Positions 51,836 through 63,109 are shown, numbered from the whole stretch's first letter. The stretch: 63,477 nt of DNA, filler included, from Chiloscyllium plagiosum (GCF_004010195.1; 5 parts of one record of this genome joined end to end with filler, not necessarily neighbours in it); one strand, 5' to 3'. Made by a program: numbers and translations. Notes: generated from the sequence alone by a model not told the origin.

Positions 51836-53604
51836 GGTCAAACAAAATGACAAGAAGTTAAACCGAAATCTATTCTGTCCTGATTGTGGCTTCTTTTGCA
51901 TTCACCAGAATGAGTTATAAGGACAATAGGGGAGGTCTTCCTGGTGTACTGGCCAATCTTTATCCCTCAAACAAATTCACCAGAACAGCCATGTTCATTT
52001 GGCGGATTGGGGCAAACTAATGTCTGTATTTCCTGCATGGCAACAATCACTATACTCCCAAAGCACTTCATTGACTGTAAAGCCTTTTAAGACAGTGACA
52101 TTGTGAAAGGTTTATTAGTTCCTTTCACTGTTACATGCTGAAGCAACAAATTGACAGGCATGAAAGAGACCTAGTGTCACTGATGGGAATGACCAGCGTC
52201 ACTGCACCTGAGATAATATCGACTGAAGGTTCAAATTGTCGAACAATAACCACAGCTGTGGACTTACCCAAATAACTTCCCTATAGTATATCTTTGCAGG
52301 ACAAGGTGGAAAGTGCCAGAATAACATCTAAAAGACTAAAACAAGCTCCACCTCCAGTAACAGAAATTCTATGGCAAATAGCACACACCACACCTGATAG
52401 GCAACATCACTCCATAAGAGGGAATCTAACCTGCTCCCAATGACATTCAATGACATTACTATCACTGAATTCCAACTGTCCTCCAATGCCCCACCGTCCC
52501 CTCAAATGGTGAGCTGTTTCTCCTAATGGCATTGTGGGTACACATATACCACACAGACTGTAAGATATTCAAGGAAGGAGGTCACCACGGCCTTCTCAAC
52601 AGCAATTAAGGATGGCAACAAACTTTGTCTATGCCAGCAATGCTCACATTCTATGAAGGAATTTCAAAAAGCAATTCACAAGATGCTTAGATGATACAAT
52701 CTGGACCCGAGTGGAGGGGGTAGACAAAGTCATGAATACGGTATAAATAAGGAATAAATGGCATTTAGAAGCTAAGAAGATATGAGGAGGAACCTTTTCA
52801 CACAATAATTTGATGAGATCTGGAATGTGCTTCTCAAGTGTGTGGTGAAGATGGGGTCAATGGAGACTTTCAAGAGGAAACGGGATGATCTGCAAAGGTA
52901 GAGTGGGCAGGGTTACAGGAAGAAAGTGAGGTGAGTTGCTCCTTCAGAGAGCCAGAATAAACATAATGGGGCTGAATGTCCTCCTTCTAAGCAGTAACTA
53001 TTTTAAGTTTCTGTGAGGGTGTACTGAAGGCCTTTTCAGGACTCTACATAGATTTGGAGGTAGATCAAAGAAGATTGAAGCACATTAGCCTGAAAACAGG
53101 ACTAAAAGCTACAACTCAATTGCTTATAGTGTGATATATGGGAGGCTTTTAAAGAGAGGTTGATTTAGTGTTCAGGGGTGATATGTTCCTGTGAAAATGA
53201 GGGATAGAAATAGCATGATTAAAGAACCGTGGATGACAGATGAAATTGTGAGATTAGCTCAGAGGAAACAGGAAGCATACGGTCTAGGTGACTGAAGACA
53301 GATGAACTTTGGAAGAATATCAGAATGTAGGCCTAATCTGAAATTAGGAATTAAGAGGGCTAAAAAGGGATTGTAAGATAACTGTAGTAAACATGGTTAA
53401 GGAAAATCCCAAAGCCTTTTATTCATATACAATAAGCAAGAGGGTAACTAGAGAAAGGATTGGCTCATTCAAGGACAAAGAAGGAACTTTATGTGTGGAG
53501 CCAGAGAAAATGGGTGAGATCCTTAACGGGTACTTTGCAATGGTGTTCACCAAGGAGAGGGACGTGATGGATGTTGAGGTTAGAGATAGATATTTGATTA
53601 CTTT

Positions 53605-53729
53605 CTGAAGAAGGGCTTATGCCCGAAATGTCGATTCTCCTGCTCCTTGGATGTTGCCTGACCTGCTGCGCTTTTCCAGCAACACATTTTCAGCTCTGAT
53701 TTCCAGCACCTGCAGTCCTCACTTTCCCC
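53605..53729 (+). mobile_element. Single Penelope-type terminus beginning exactly at the hammerhead core
   Basis: CUGAAGA-a-GGGC-uuau-GCCC-GAAAUGUC; imperfect TSD TGATTA(C/A)TTT. Confidence 0.78.
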
Positions 53730-53829
53730 TGATTAATTTGGGGGTATTGTATTTACTACTACATACTCAATGTGCATGAGCATGTTACAATTTGGATCCA
53801 ATGATAGCTGGGATAATATTTTGATCCCA

Positions 53830-54570
53830 ATGAAACCGAATGAGTCACCTAATATTGACCGAGTCACCAGAAAAGACAAAAGCAGAAACAGCACTGTTGA
53901 CTCTGCAAAGAGCTCCTTACTAACATTTGGGATTAGTGCCAAAATTGGGAGAGCTGTCTTACAGACTAGTCAAGCAACAGCCTGACGTAGTCATACTCAT
54001 TGGATCATACCTTACAGACAATGTCCCAGACACCACCATCACCATCCCTGGATATGTCCTGTCCCAGCTGCAGGATAGACCCAGCAGAGGTGGTTGCATA
54101 GTGGTATACAGTCAGGAGGGAGATGCCCTGAAAGTACTTAAAATTGGCTCCAGACCTCATGAAGTCTCATGGCTTCAGGTTAAACTTGGGCAAGGAAACT
54201 GCTTGCTGATTGCCATGTACCGTCGTCCCTTGGCTGATGAATCAGTACTCCTTCATGTTGAACAATGCTTAGAAGAAACACTGAGGAGGGCAAGGGGACA
54301 AACTGTACTCTGGGTGAGGGATTTCAATGTCCACTTCCAAGAGCAGCAGTACTACTGATTGGTAGAACGACTACTGGTTGGTAGCAGTACTACTGATCGA
54401 CCTGGTTGGGTGTTAAAGAACATAGGTGCTAGACTGGGTCTGTGACAGATGGTAAAGGAACCGACAAAGGGAAAAACGTACTTGATTGCATTCTTACCAG
54501 TCTGCTGGCTACAGATCCAACTGTCCATGACAGTATCAGTAAGAGTGACTACCACACAATCCTTGTGGAG
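53830..54570 (+). mobile_element. Second copy of the APE endonuclease region of the 10383-14008 LINE family
   Basis: ORF 53927-54358 LVPKLGELSYRL...PDVVIL..SYL...PGY...YRRP...DFNVH; homology extends upstream to ATGAAACCGAATG. Confidence 0.85.
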
Positions 54571-55459
54571 TAATTTCTAACCTATCATTTATTTTTGACA
54601 CAGCAGGAAGAAATGTAGCCCTTTGAGTTTCTGACAGCTCTCCATTGAGCAATCCACTGTCCACTATCCTCTAATCTGAAAATTAACCATTTACTGTAAT
54701 ATACTCTTTTTAGTCCTTGAGCCTATTTTTAAAATTCAGTTGGATACTCACCTTTCTATTTCATGAACAACAATTTTGTTCAGCAATCTTTTACGTAGTA
54801 CTTTGTTGGACACTATCTGAATTCCACATTGACAACATCCAGCACACCCCCTATATCGACTTTCTCTGTAACTGCATCAAAATCCATTTAGATTAATGAG
54901 TCATGATCTGCTGCTTACAAATCTGTGCTAGCTATTTTTAATTAACACAAATTTCTGTTGATTTTTCCTCCATAATTGTTTCTAAAAGTTTGTTCACTGT
55001 TAGTTTAACTGCCCTGTAGTTCCTGTAGTTCTTTTCTGAACTCAAGCTGAAGTGAGGTCTCTTCCTATCCAAGTTAGATGAAATTCGGTTCCAGTTTTAA
55101 ATTCCATTCCCTTGTTAGCATCACACTATTATGCTCCCCACATGCTCTTGTTTGGCGCCTAACCAACAGGATTTTGTTTTTGGTCTACATTTATATCTAA
55201 CTTCCACAATAATAGGCACATAAGGGGACAGAAACCTCATGGTTATGATGTCTTTTTTTAAACCAGCCGTCATGAACTCACACACTGCCATGGACTGTAT
55301 AAAGTTACATCTATAAGTCTAAAAGAGTCGCTGTGAAAGTCATGGAATGTTGTGAAAACCCAATTGCACCACAAATGTCCTTCAGCAAGCAAACTAAAGA
55401 GACTTGTTTCCGCCAGGTCTTGTTTTCTCAACTCTCAAGTGCTCTCAAATGTACCTACA

Positions 55460-55675
55460 GTTATTATAATGTGGTCATAGTCTATAAGTTCCCTGATTGA
55501 GGGTGTTAATGTGTTTCAATCAGGGAGCCCTGGCTGACACATAAAAGGATAAGTATCAGGGATATTGATGCCCTGAATTCCTGACTCAGTGAGAGGCAGT
55601 GCTATTATCAAAGGTAATAATTTGTAAATAAAGGGTAATTAGTGATGGGATGCTGGTCACTGAAGAATTATTTCA
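55460..55675 (+). mobile_element. Solo LTR remnant related to 2128-2534
   Basis: Shares GGAGC.CTGGCTGA, TGTAAATAAAGGGT and the TTATTTCA end. Confidence 0.7.
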
Positions 55676-55709
55676 ATTCCAGGACAAAGAAAACACTTCA
55701 ATGACACAC

Positions 55710-55809
55710 NNNNNNNNNNNNNNNNNNNNNNNNNNNNNNNNNNNNNNNNNNNNTTAATTAATTAANNNNNNNNNNNNNNNNNNNNNNNNNNNNNNNNNNN
55801 NNNNNNNNN
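55710..55809. other. Assembly gap spacer
   Basis: N44-TTAATTAATTAA-N44. Confidence 0.98.
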
Positions 55810-56310
55810 AGCCACACATCCTAAGTCATGCCTCACCGCATCATAATTTCCCTGCCCCCAGCTATAACTCTTGCCCTGCAGTGCACACTTATCCCTCTCC
55901 ATCACTAGAGTAAAAGTCACCGAATTTTGGTCACTGTCTCCAAAGTGCTCACCTACGTCTAATTCTAACACCTAGCTGGTTCGTTACCCAGAACCAAATC
56001 CAGTATGGCCTCACCTCTTGTTGGCCTATCTACATATTGTGTCAGGAAACCCTCCTGCACACATTGGACGAATACTGACCCATCTAACGAATCAATAGTT
56101 GCTTTCCCAATCAATATCAGGAACGTTAAAGTCCCCCATAACAACCACCCTATTACTTTCACTCTTCTCCTGAATCATCCTCGCAATCCTTTCTTCTACG
56201 ACTCTAGGACTATTGGGAGGCCTGTAAAAAACTCCTAACAGGGTGACCTCACCTTTCCTATTCCTAACCTCAGCCCAAACTACCTCAGATGGCGAGTCTT
56301 CATCCATCGT
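55810..56310 (-). mobile_element. CR1 APE endonuclease fragment
   Basis: FYRPPNS, MGDFN, ILDLVLGNEP, SDQNSV. Confidence 0.9.
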
Positions 56311-56384
56311 CCCTTGGGATTTGTCTACCCAATCAAACCAACACCTGAAATAAAGACACTAGCACTTACCACTCGCTGTTTAAA

Positions 56385-57057
56385 ATCCCACAAAGAGCCC
56401 CCAGTCTGTTATGGACTAGGCCAGACCACACAAAACATTCTTAAGCAGGCAGGCCCAGACCATAACTTTGCAATTTGTTTCAGTAAGTGTATAGTGAAAA
56501 TTACCCGGATTAAGATAGCTAGGTTGACTACTAGATTTTAAAACAGACAAAAATTTAATCACAAAATTACACAGTGAGACACAGAAAAACAGAATAAAGA
56601 ACCCCTCCAGAACTCAACCTATCCAACTAGAATTAATTATGCTGTTCCAAAAATATGCAACAGTCCCAATAAGCAAACTCTCTTTTAAAACCAGTATAAA
56701 TGGAACACATGCTTACAGGTTGAAGTTGAGAGGCAGAAAAGAAAGAAAGTTTCCACACAGTTCCCTGTTGAACTTTCCAGTTCAAGACTGAATGAAAACT
56801 GCTCCACTCAGGTCAGCTAGAGAGCTGACCACATCCTCTCTTTATACAGGTCAATTCTAAAGCATGACCACTTTGGCTTGAAGTCTCATCTGCTTACACA
56901 TAAACAAAAGGCCTCTCAAAATCCTTTTCATCTCTGTACCAAACCAGACTGATCGGAGCCTGGCCCGGTTTATTGCCCCTTTGAAAAATATCAAGGACAG
57001 TGTATCCTTGGGCCAAGGAATAGCATTTAGATAAAAAAAGGGACTAGCTTTGTGACA
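56385..57057 (-). mobile_element. 5' LTR (56407-57057) with tRNA-Pro-like primer binding site (56385-56403)
   Basis: TGTCA...TAACA termini on the minus strand with an internal TATAAA. Three nt downstream is TGGGGGCTCtttgtGGGAT, against the canonical PBS-Pro TGGGGGCTCGTCCGGGAT. Confidence 0.72.
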
Positions 57058-57574
57058 CTATGAAAGAAATAAAAAGGAAGGATAACTCAGAGATATTATT
57101 AGACATGATGGAAAGCATGAGGGTAGGAAAGATAACAAATGAACACTTTACCTGAATGTTTGTAGCATTCATAACAAGGTTGATGAATTAACTGCACAAA
57201 TTATCGTGAATGAATATGATTTAATAACCATTATGGAGACATAGTTACGACTGGTATGGTCACGACTGGGAGTTAAATATCCAGGGGTATTAGACCATTC
57301 AGAAAGAAAGGTAGGAAGGCATGGGAGGTGGTGTAGCTCTGATATTCAAGGACAACATCAGGGCGGTGTTGACAGATGATACAGGTTCTATAGAGAATAA
57401 CGTTGAATCCATTTGGCTGGAAATTAGAAATTCTAAGAAGAAAAAGTCACTGATAGGCATAGTCTATAGGCCACTAAATAATTACATCACAATGGGGTGA
57501 GCAAAGAGCAAAGAAATAAGTAATGCCGGCAAAAGTGGCATGGCAATTATCATGAGGAATTTTAATCTACATCG

Positions 57575-59750
57575 TAAAAACAAGGACTGCAGATGCTGGA
57601 AACCAGAGTCCAGATTAGAGTGGTGCTGGAAAAGCACAGCAGGTCAGACAGCATCCGAGGAGCAGGAAAATCGACGTTTTGGGCATAAGCCCTGCATCAG
57701 GAATAGAGGCAGGAAGCCTGCAAGGTGGAGAGATAAATGAAAGGGAGGTGGGGGTGGGGAGAAAGTAGCATAGAGTACAATAGGTGAATGGGGGTGGAAA
57801 TGGAGGTGATCGGTCAGAGAGGAGGGATGGGGAATGTAGCAAAGAGTACAATGGGTGAATGGGGGTGGGGATAAAGGTGAGGGTGGAGTGGATAGGTGGA
57901 AAGGAAGATAGGCAGGTAGGACAGGTCATGGAGATGGTGCTGAGCTGGAAGGTTGGAGCTGGGGTGAGGTGGGGGAAGGGGAAATGAGGAAACTGGTGAA
58001 ATCCACATTGATGCCATGGGGTTGAAGTGTTCCGAGGTAGAAGATGAAGCATTCCTCCTCCAGGCGTCGGGTGGTGAAGGAGTGGCTGGAAAGGAGTCCC
58101 AGGACCTGCATGTCCTCGGCAGAGTGTGAGGGGGAGTTGAAATGTTGGGCCACAGGGCGGTGGGGTTGATTGGTGCGGGTGTACCGGAGATGTTCCCTAT
58201 GGCGCTCTGCTACGCGGTGTCCAGTCTCCCCAATGTAGAGGAGACTGCATCGAGAGCAACGGATACAATAAATGATATTAGTGGATGTGCAGGTGAAACC
58301 TTGATGGATGTGGAAGGCTCCTTTGGGTCCTTGGATGGAGGTGCGGGAGGAGGTGTGGGTGCAGGTTTTGCAATTCCTGCGTGGCAGGGGAGGATGCCAG
58401 GAAGGGAGGGTGGTTTTTGGGGGGCGAGGACCTGACGGACCTAACAGGTAGTCAGGGGGGCGTGGATCTAACCAGGTAGTCACGGATGGAACGGTCTTTG
58501 CGGAAAGTGGAAATGGATGGAGAAGGAAATATATCCCTAGTGGTGGGGTCCATTTGGAGGTGGCGGAAATGTCGTCGGATGATGTGGCTTGTGCGAAGGT
58601 TGGTAGGGTGGAAGGTGAGCACCAAGGGGGTTCTGTCCTTGTTACGGTTGGAGGGGTGGGGTTTGAGGGCAGAGGGGCGGGATGTGGACGAGATGCGTTG
58701 GAAGGGATCTTTAACCACTTGGGAAGGGAAATTGTGGTCTCGAAAGAAGGAGGACATCTGGTGTGTTCTGTGGTGGAACTGGTCCTCCTGGGAGCAGATA
58801 CGGCGGAGGCGGAGGAACTGGGATGGCATTTTTGCAGGAGGTAGGGTGGGAAGAGGCGTAATCCAGGTAGCTGTGGGAATTGGTGGGTTTGTAAAAAATG
58901 TCAGTGTCAAGTCGGTCGTCACTAATGGAGATGGAGAAGTCCAGGAAGGTCAAAGATGGTCCAGGTGAATTTAAGGTCAGGGTGGAATGTGTTGGTGAAG
59001 TTGATGAATTGCTCAACGGGAGCACGAGGTGGCGCGAATGCAATCATCAATGTAGCGGAGGAAGAGGTAGGGAGTGGTGCCGGTGTAACTACGGAAAATG
59101 GATTGTTCTACGTAGCGAACAAAGAGACAGGCATAGCTGGGGCCCATACGGGTGCCCACGGCTACCCCTTTGGTCTGGAGGAATTGGGAGGATTCTAAGG
59201 AGCTGAAAATGTGTTGCTGGAAAAGCGCAGTAGGTCAGGCAGCATCCAAGGAACAGGAGAATCTTTCGGGCATATGCCTGAAACGTCGATTCTCCTGTTC
59301 CTTGGATGCTGCCTGACCTGCTGCGCTTTTCCAGCAACACATTTTCAGCTCTGATCTCCAGCATCTGCAGCCCTCACTTTTTCTCGAGGATTCTAAGGAG
59401 AAATTGTTAAGGGTGAGGACCAGTTCAGCCAAACGAATGAGAGTGTCGGTGGAAGGGTACTGTTGGGAATGTCAGGAGAGGAAGAAACGGAGGGCTTGGA
59501 GGCCCTGGTCATGACGGATGGAGGTGTAGAGGGTGGTGTCTCGAACGTATGTGGGGAGTTCCTGGACTAGGGGGCTAGGACAGTGTCGAGGTAGGTAGAG
59601 ATGAATGGTCGAGGGGGCGGTAGGAGGAGGTGTCTTCGAGTTGGCAAATGGCTTCAGCGGTGTAGAGGTTGGTGAGCCAAATTACCACTGCACTCCCTTT
59701 ATCTGCTGGTTTGTTGGTGAGGTTGGGATTGGAGCAGAAGGAGTGGACCA
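57575..59750 (-). mobile_element. Penelope-like (Neptune-type) retroelement: RT C-terminal half, GIY-YIG endonuclease and 3' terminus; frameshifted
   Basis: YLDYASSHPTSCKNAIP, SQFLRLRRICS, CKTC linker, NIIYCIRCSRCSLLYIGETG...REH...VAQHFN. Mutated hammerhead at ~57670-57705. Confidence 0.92.
59203..59385. mobile_element. Fold-back Penelope-type terminus nested in the PLE RT region
   Basis: 15-bp TSD GAGGATTCTAAGGAG at 59188-59202 and 59386-59400; the arms join within hammerhead stem II (GGGCATATGCCT). Confidence 0.88.
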
Positions 59751-61489
59751 CTGCATGGCTGAACCAGCTTGGTCAGGGTAGCCTTGAGGAGGGGTTCGTT
59801 GAGTGTATCTGTGATAGTTTTCTTGAACAGTATGTAATAGAACCGACGAGGAACCAAGCTAGCCAAGATCTGATCCTGCGCAATGAGATAGGAATAATTA
59901 ATGACCTCATAGTTAGGGATCCTAATGGAAGGAGTTGAATTTAGAATGCAGATGGTGAGTGTGAAGATAAAATTTAATACCAGGATCCTGTGCTTAAACA
60001 AGGGAGACTACAATAGAATGAGGGAGGATTTGGCTAAATAGACTGGAAACAAAGAGTTAATGGTGGGACAGTTGCCGAGCAGTGGAGGACTTTCAAGTGC
60101 TCAGTAAAAGTATATTCCAGTGAGAAGGAAGGACTGTAACAAAAGGGGTAATCTGCCATGGTTGTCTAAGGAAATAAGGGAAGCCATCAAATTGAAAGAG
60201 AAGGCATAGAAAGTGGCCGAAAACAGCATGAAACTGGAAGATTGGGAAAACTTTAAAGGTCAACAGGTCAACAAAAAGAGCTATAAGGAAAAATAAAATG
60301 GAATATGAGAAAAAAAACTAGCATGAAATATAAAGACAGATAGCAAAATTTCTATAAATATGTAAAATGAGGATGAGAAGGGGCATTTGGTTATGGGATA
60401 TGATGAAATGGCCGAGGCATTGAATGTGTATTTTGCATTGGTCTTCACAGTGGAGGACACTAATAACATGCCAGTAATTGACAAAGGGACAAAGGTAGAT
60501 GAGGATCTGGAAGCAATCATTATTACGGAAGAGGCAGTGTAGGGCAAGCTAATGGAGCTAAGGATAGACATGTCTCCTGGCCCTGATCGAATGCATTCCA
60601 GGGTACTAAAAGAGACGGTGGGAGAAATAGCAGGTGCACTGGTGATAATTTTTGAAAATTTGCTGGACTTTGGGGCAGTCTCAACAAATTGGAAAATAGT
60701 AAATGTGATGCCATGGTTTGAAAAGGGAGTTAGACAAAAGATGGGAATTATAGACCTATTAGTTTAACTTCTGTAGAAGGGAAGATACCTTTATTATCAA
60801 GGAAGAAATAGTAATGCATTTCGATAGAAATTGTCCTGTTGGGCAGGTGCAGCATGGGTTCATGAAGGGCAGGTCATGCTTAACAAATATTTCGAATTCT
60901 ATGAAGCCATTATGGGCAAGGTGGACAATGGGAACCCAGTGTTTGTGGTGTAGCTAGATTTCTAAAAGGAGTTCGACAAGGTGCCGCACAAGAGGCTGCT
61001 GCATAAGATAAGGATGCATGACGTTATGGGTAGAGTATTAGTATGGATAGAGAATTGTTTGACTAATAGGAAGTAAAGAGTAGGGATAAATGAGTGCTTT
61101 TCTGGTTGGCAATCAGTGACCAGTAGTATGCCTCAGGGATCGGGGTTGGGACCGCAATTGTTCATAATTTATATAGATGATGTGGAGTTGGGGACCACAT
61201 GTAGTGTGTCAAAGTTTGCAGATGACACTAAGATGAGTGGTAGAGCAAAGTGGGTGTTCTTGTGCATGAATCATAGAAGATTGATCTGCAGCCAACAAGT
61301 AATTCGGAAGGCAAATGGGATTTTTGTCCTTCATTGCTAAAGGGATCGAGTTTAAAAGCAGAGAGGTTTTGTTGTAGCTGTACAGGGTGCTGGTGAGGCC
61401 ACACCTGGAGTACTGTGTACAGTTTTGGTCTCCTTACTTGAGAAAAGATGTACTGGCACTGGAGGGGTGCAGAGGAGGTTCACTAGGTT

Positions 61490-61857
61490 ATAGAACATAT
61501 AGAACAATACACACAGAACAGGCCCTTTGGCCCACGATGTTGTGCCGAACATTTGTCCTAGCTTAAGCACCCATCCATGTACCTATCCAATTGCCACTTA
61601 AAGTTTGCCAATGATTCTGACTCTGCCACTCCCACAGGCAGCGCATTCCATGCTCCCACCACTCTCTGGGTAAAGAACCTACCCCTGACATCTCCCCTAT
61701 ACCTTCCACCCTTCACCTTAAATTTATGTCCCCTTGTAACACTCTGTTGTACCCGGGGAAAAAGTCTCTGACTGTCTACTCTATCTATTCCTCTGATCAT
61801 CTTAAAAACCTCTATCAAGTCACCCCTCATCCTTCACCGTTCCAACGAGAAAAGGCC
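61490..61857 (-). mobile_element. CR1 3' end nested in the older CR1
   Basis: ORF 61558-61830 RGDLIEVFKMIRG...FFTQRVVGAWNALP. Confidence 0.92.
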
Positions 61858-61957
61858 NNNNNNNNNNNNNNNNNNNNNNNNNNNNNNNNNNNNNNNNNNN
61901 NTTAATTAATTAANNNNNNNNNNNNNNNNNNNNNNNNNNNNNNNNNNNNNNNNNNNN
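61858..61957. other. Assembly gap spacer
   Basis: N44-TTAATTAATTAA-N44. Confidence 0.98.
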
Positions 61958-62024
61958 GGGGAGGAGGGGGAGGGGGAGGGGGAGGAGGAGGAGCTCCGGG
62001 CCTGAGGAGGCCGACGACACCTAC

Positions 62025-62212
62025 CTGGTGGTGCAGAGCTGCACCTCCCCCATCAGATACTTGGGCGCCTGCTCCTTGATCTGGATCTTGTTTTTTAGAG
62101 CCGCCTGACAGAACGTCCCGTCCAGGAGGATCTGGAAAGGCTCGCGGAAGCCGTAGTTGTGCCGGTAAAACGACAGGAGTTTCTTGGCGGTTTTCTGCCG
62201 CTTGATCTTCAT
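62025..62212 (-). CDS. UTP23: UTP23 (rRNA-processing PIN-like protein), coding exon 1
   Basis: ATG at 62212-62210 gives MKIKRQKTAKKLLSFYRHNYGFREPFQILLDGTFCQAALKNKIQIKEQAPKYLMGEVQLCTT, recognisable as the UTP23 N-terminus. The exon ends at an AG|GTAGGT donor (188 nt, phase 2). It is divergent from EIF3H, as in other vertebrates. Confidence 0.95.
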
Positions 62213-62739
62213 TCTCGTGCTGCCGCCGGGGGAGGGGGGAACGGAGCAAGGCGCTGCGCGTGCGCAACCCGGCGGTGCAACCGCTTTCTCGGTTCCCCCG
62301 GAGACACAGGAGCAGGGACCCAAGGGCCGCAAGAGGGAGGCACCTCTGGATGACGCTAAACATTGACTTGATTTGTTTCTCTCGCTCTCAGTTTCCTTGG
62401 ATGCTCCCAAAACCTACCGCCGAGGTTTCCTCACCCCCGCGACATCCACCACCCGCAGCATTTCGTATTTATTGTAATTTGTTTTTAAATTTCAGATTTC
62501 CAGCACCTCCCATTGAGTATATTCACTCCAAAGCACAATTCTGTTCGCTTCACACGTGCGGCATCTGCTACTCCTTACCTCCCCCTCCCCGCTGGCTTTT
62601 AATTTGATGCAAGTATTTTTAAAGTGAACCCTCAATTAACAACATCTCCCTCAGAACTCCAATTGTTTACATTTGCCTATTTCTGATTTCCCGAAGGTTA
62701 CAATGATATTTGTTATTTCGCTAAATAAAAACGGAAATT

Positions 62740-62915
62740 ACCGCGTATGCTGGAAATTAGAAGCAACAATATAAATTGCTGGGAAAGCTCAGCAGGTCTA
62801 GCACAGAGAGAGAGACAGAGAAATCAGGTCTAATTTTCCGGGTCCAGTGACCCTCCGTCAGAAGTTAAACCCGGACCTGCTGAGTTTTCCCAGTTGTTTC
62901 TGTTTGGGTTATTTC
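62740..62915. mobile_element. Old fold-back Penelope-type terminus within the bidirectional promoter
   Basis: CTGGGAAAGCTCAGCAGGTC / GACCTGCTGAGTTTTCCCAG arms; similar to 46045-46233. Confidence 0.65.
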
Positions 62916-62991
62916 GGGACCGTGCCCGCCGATGATTCGCTTCCCCCGGCCCGGGGCCGAGTTTCCGGCGGGCACTTTCTCCTCGCCCTCC

Positions 62992-63028
62992 CACTTCCGC
63001 TTCTCTCTCTGCCTGCGCGAACATGGCG
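62992..63028 (+). promoter_or_regulatory. Polypyrimidine initiator / 5'TOP-like tract with ETS-like and YY1-like motifs before the EIF3H ATG
   Basis: CACTTCCGCTTCTCTCTCTGCC...AACATGGCG. EIF3H is an established TOP mRNA in mammals. The TSS is inferred. Confidence 0.6.
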
Positions 63029-63109
63029 TCTCGGAGGGAAGGAGCTTCTGCCGCCGCGGCCTCTGCTGCCCTTGGCTCTCCCGTCAAACAGGTTCAGATC
63101 GACGGGCTG
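63023..63109 (+). CDS. EIF3H: Translation initiation factor 3 subunit H, coding exon 1
   Basis: MASRREGASAAAASAALGSPVKQVQIDGL followed by a GTAAGT donor (phase 0). The MASR.EG and VKQVQIDGL motifs match the eIF3h N-terminus. Good Kozak context (AACATGG). Confidence 0.95.

Larger units (their letters stand above)
57130..61489 (+). mobile_element. Decayed CR1 ORF2 (APE plus RT) interrupted by a Penelope-like element
   Basis: APE motifs up to FNLH at ~57572, resuming at ~59755 (FVECICDSFLEQYV). SPGPDRMHSRVLKE, QHGF, PQGSGLGPQLFIIYIDD, KFADDTK. Confidence 0.9.

Noticed and set aside
62021..62410. 129-aa ORF as a complete or N-terminally extended UTP23
   Set aside because: Homology begins at MKIKRQK (62212). 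The apparent stop is within the intron donor, and the extension starts at a non-ATG codon in GC-rich UTR.
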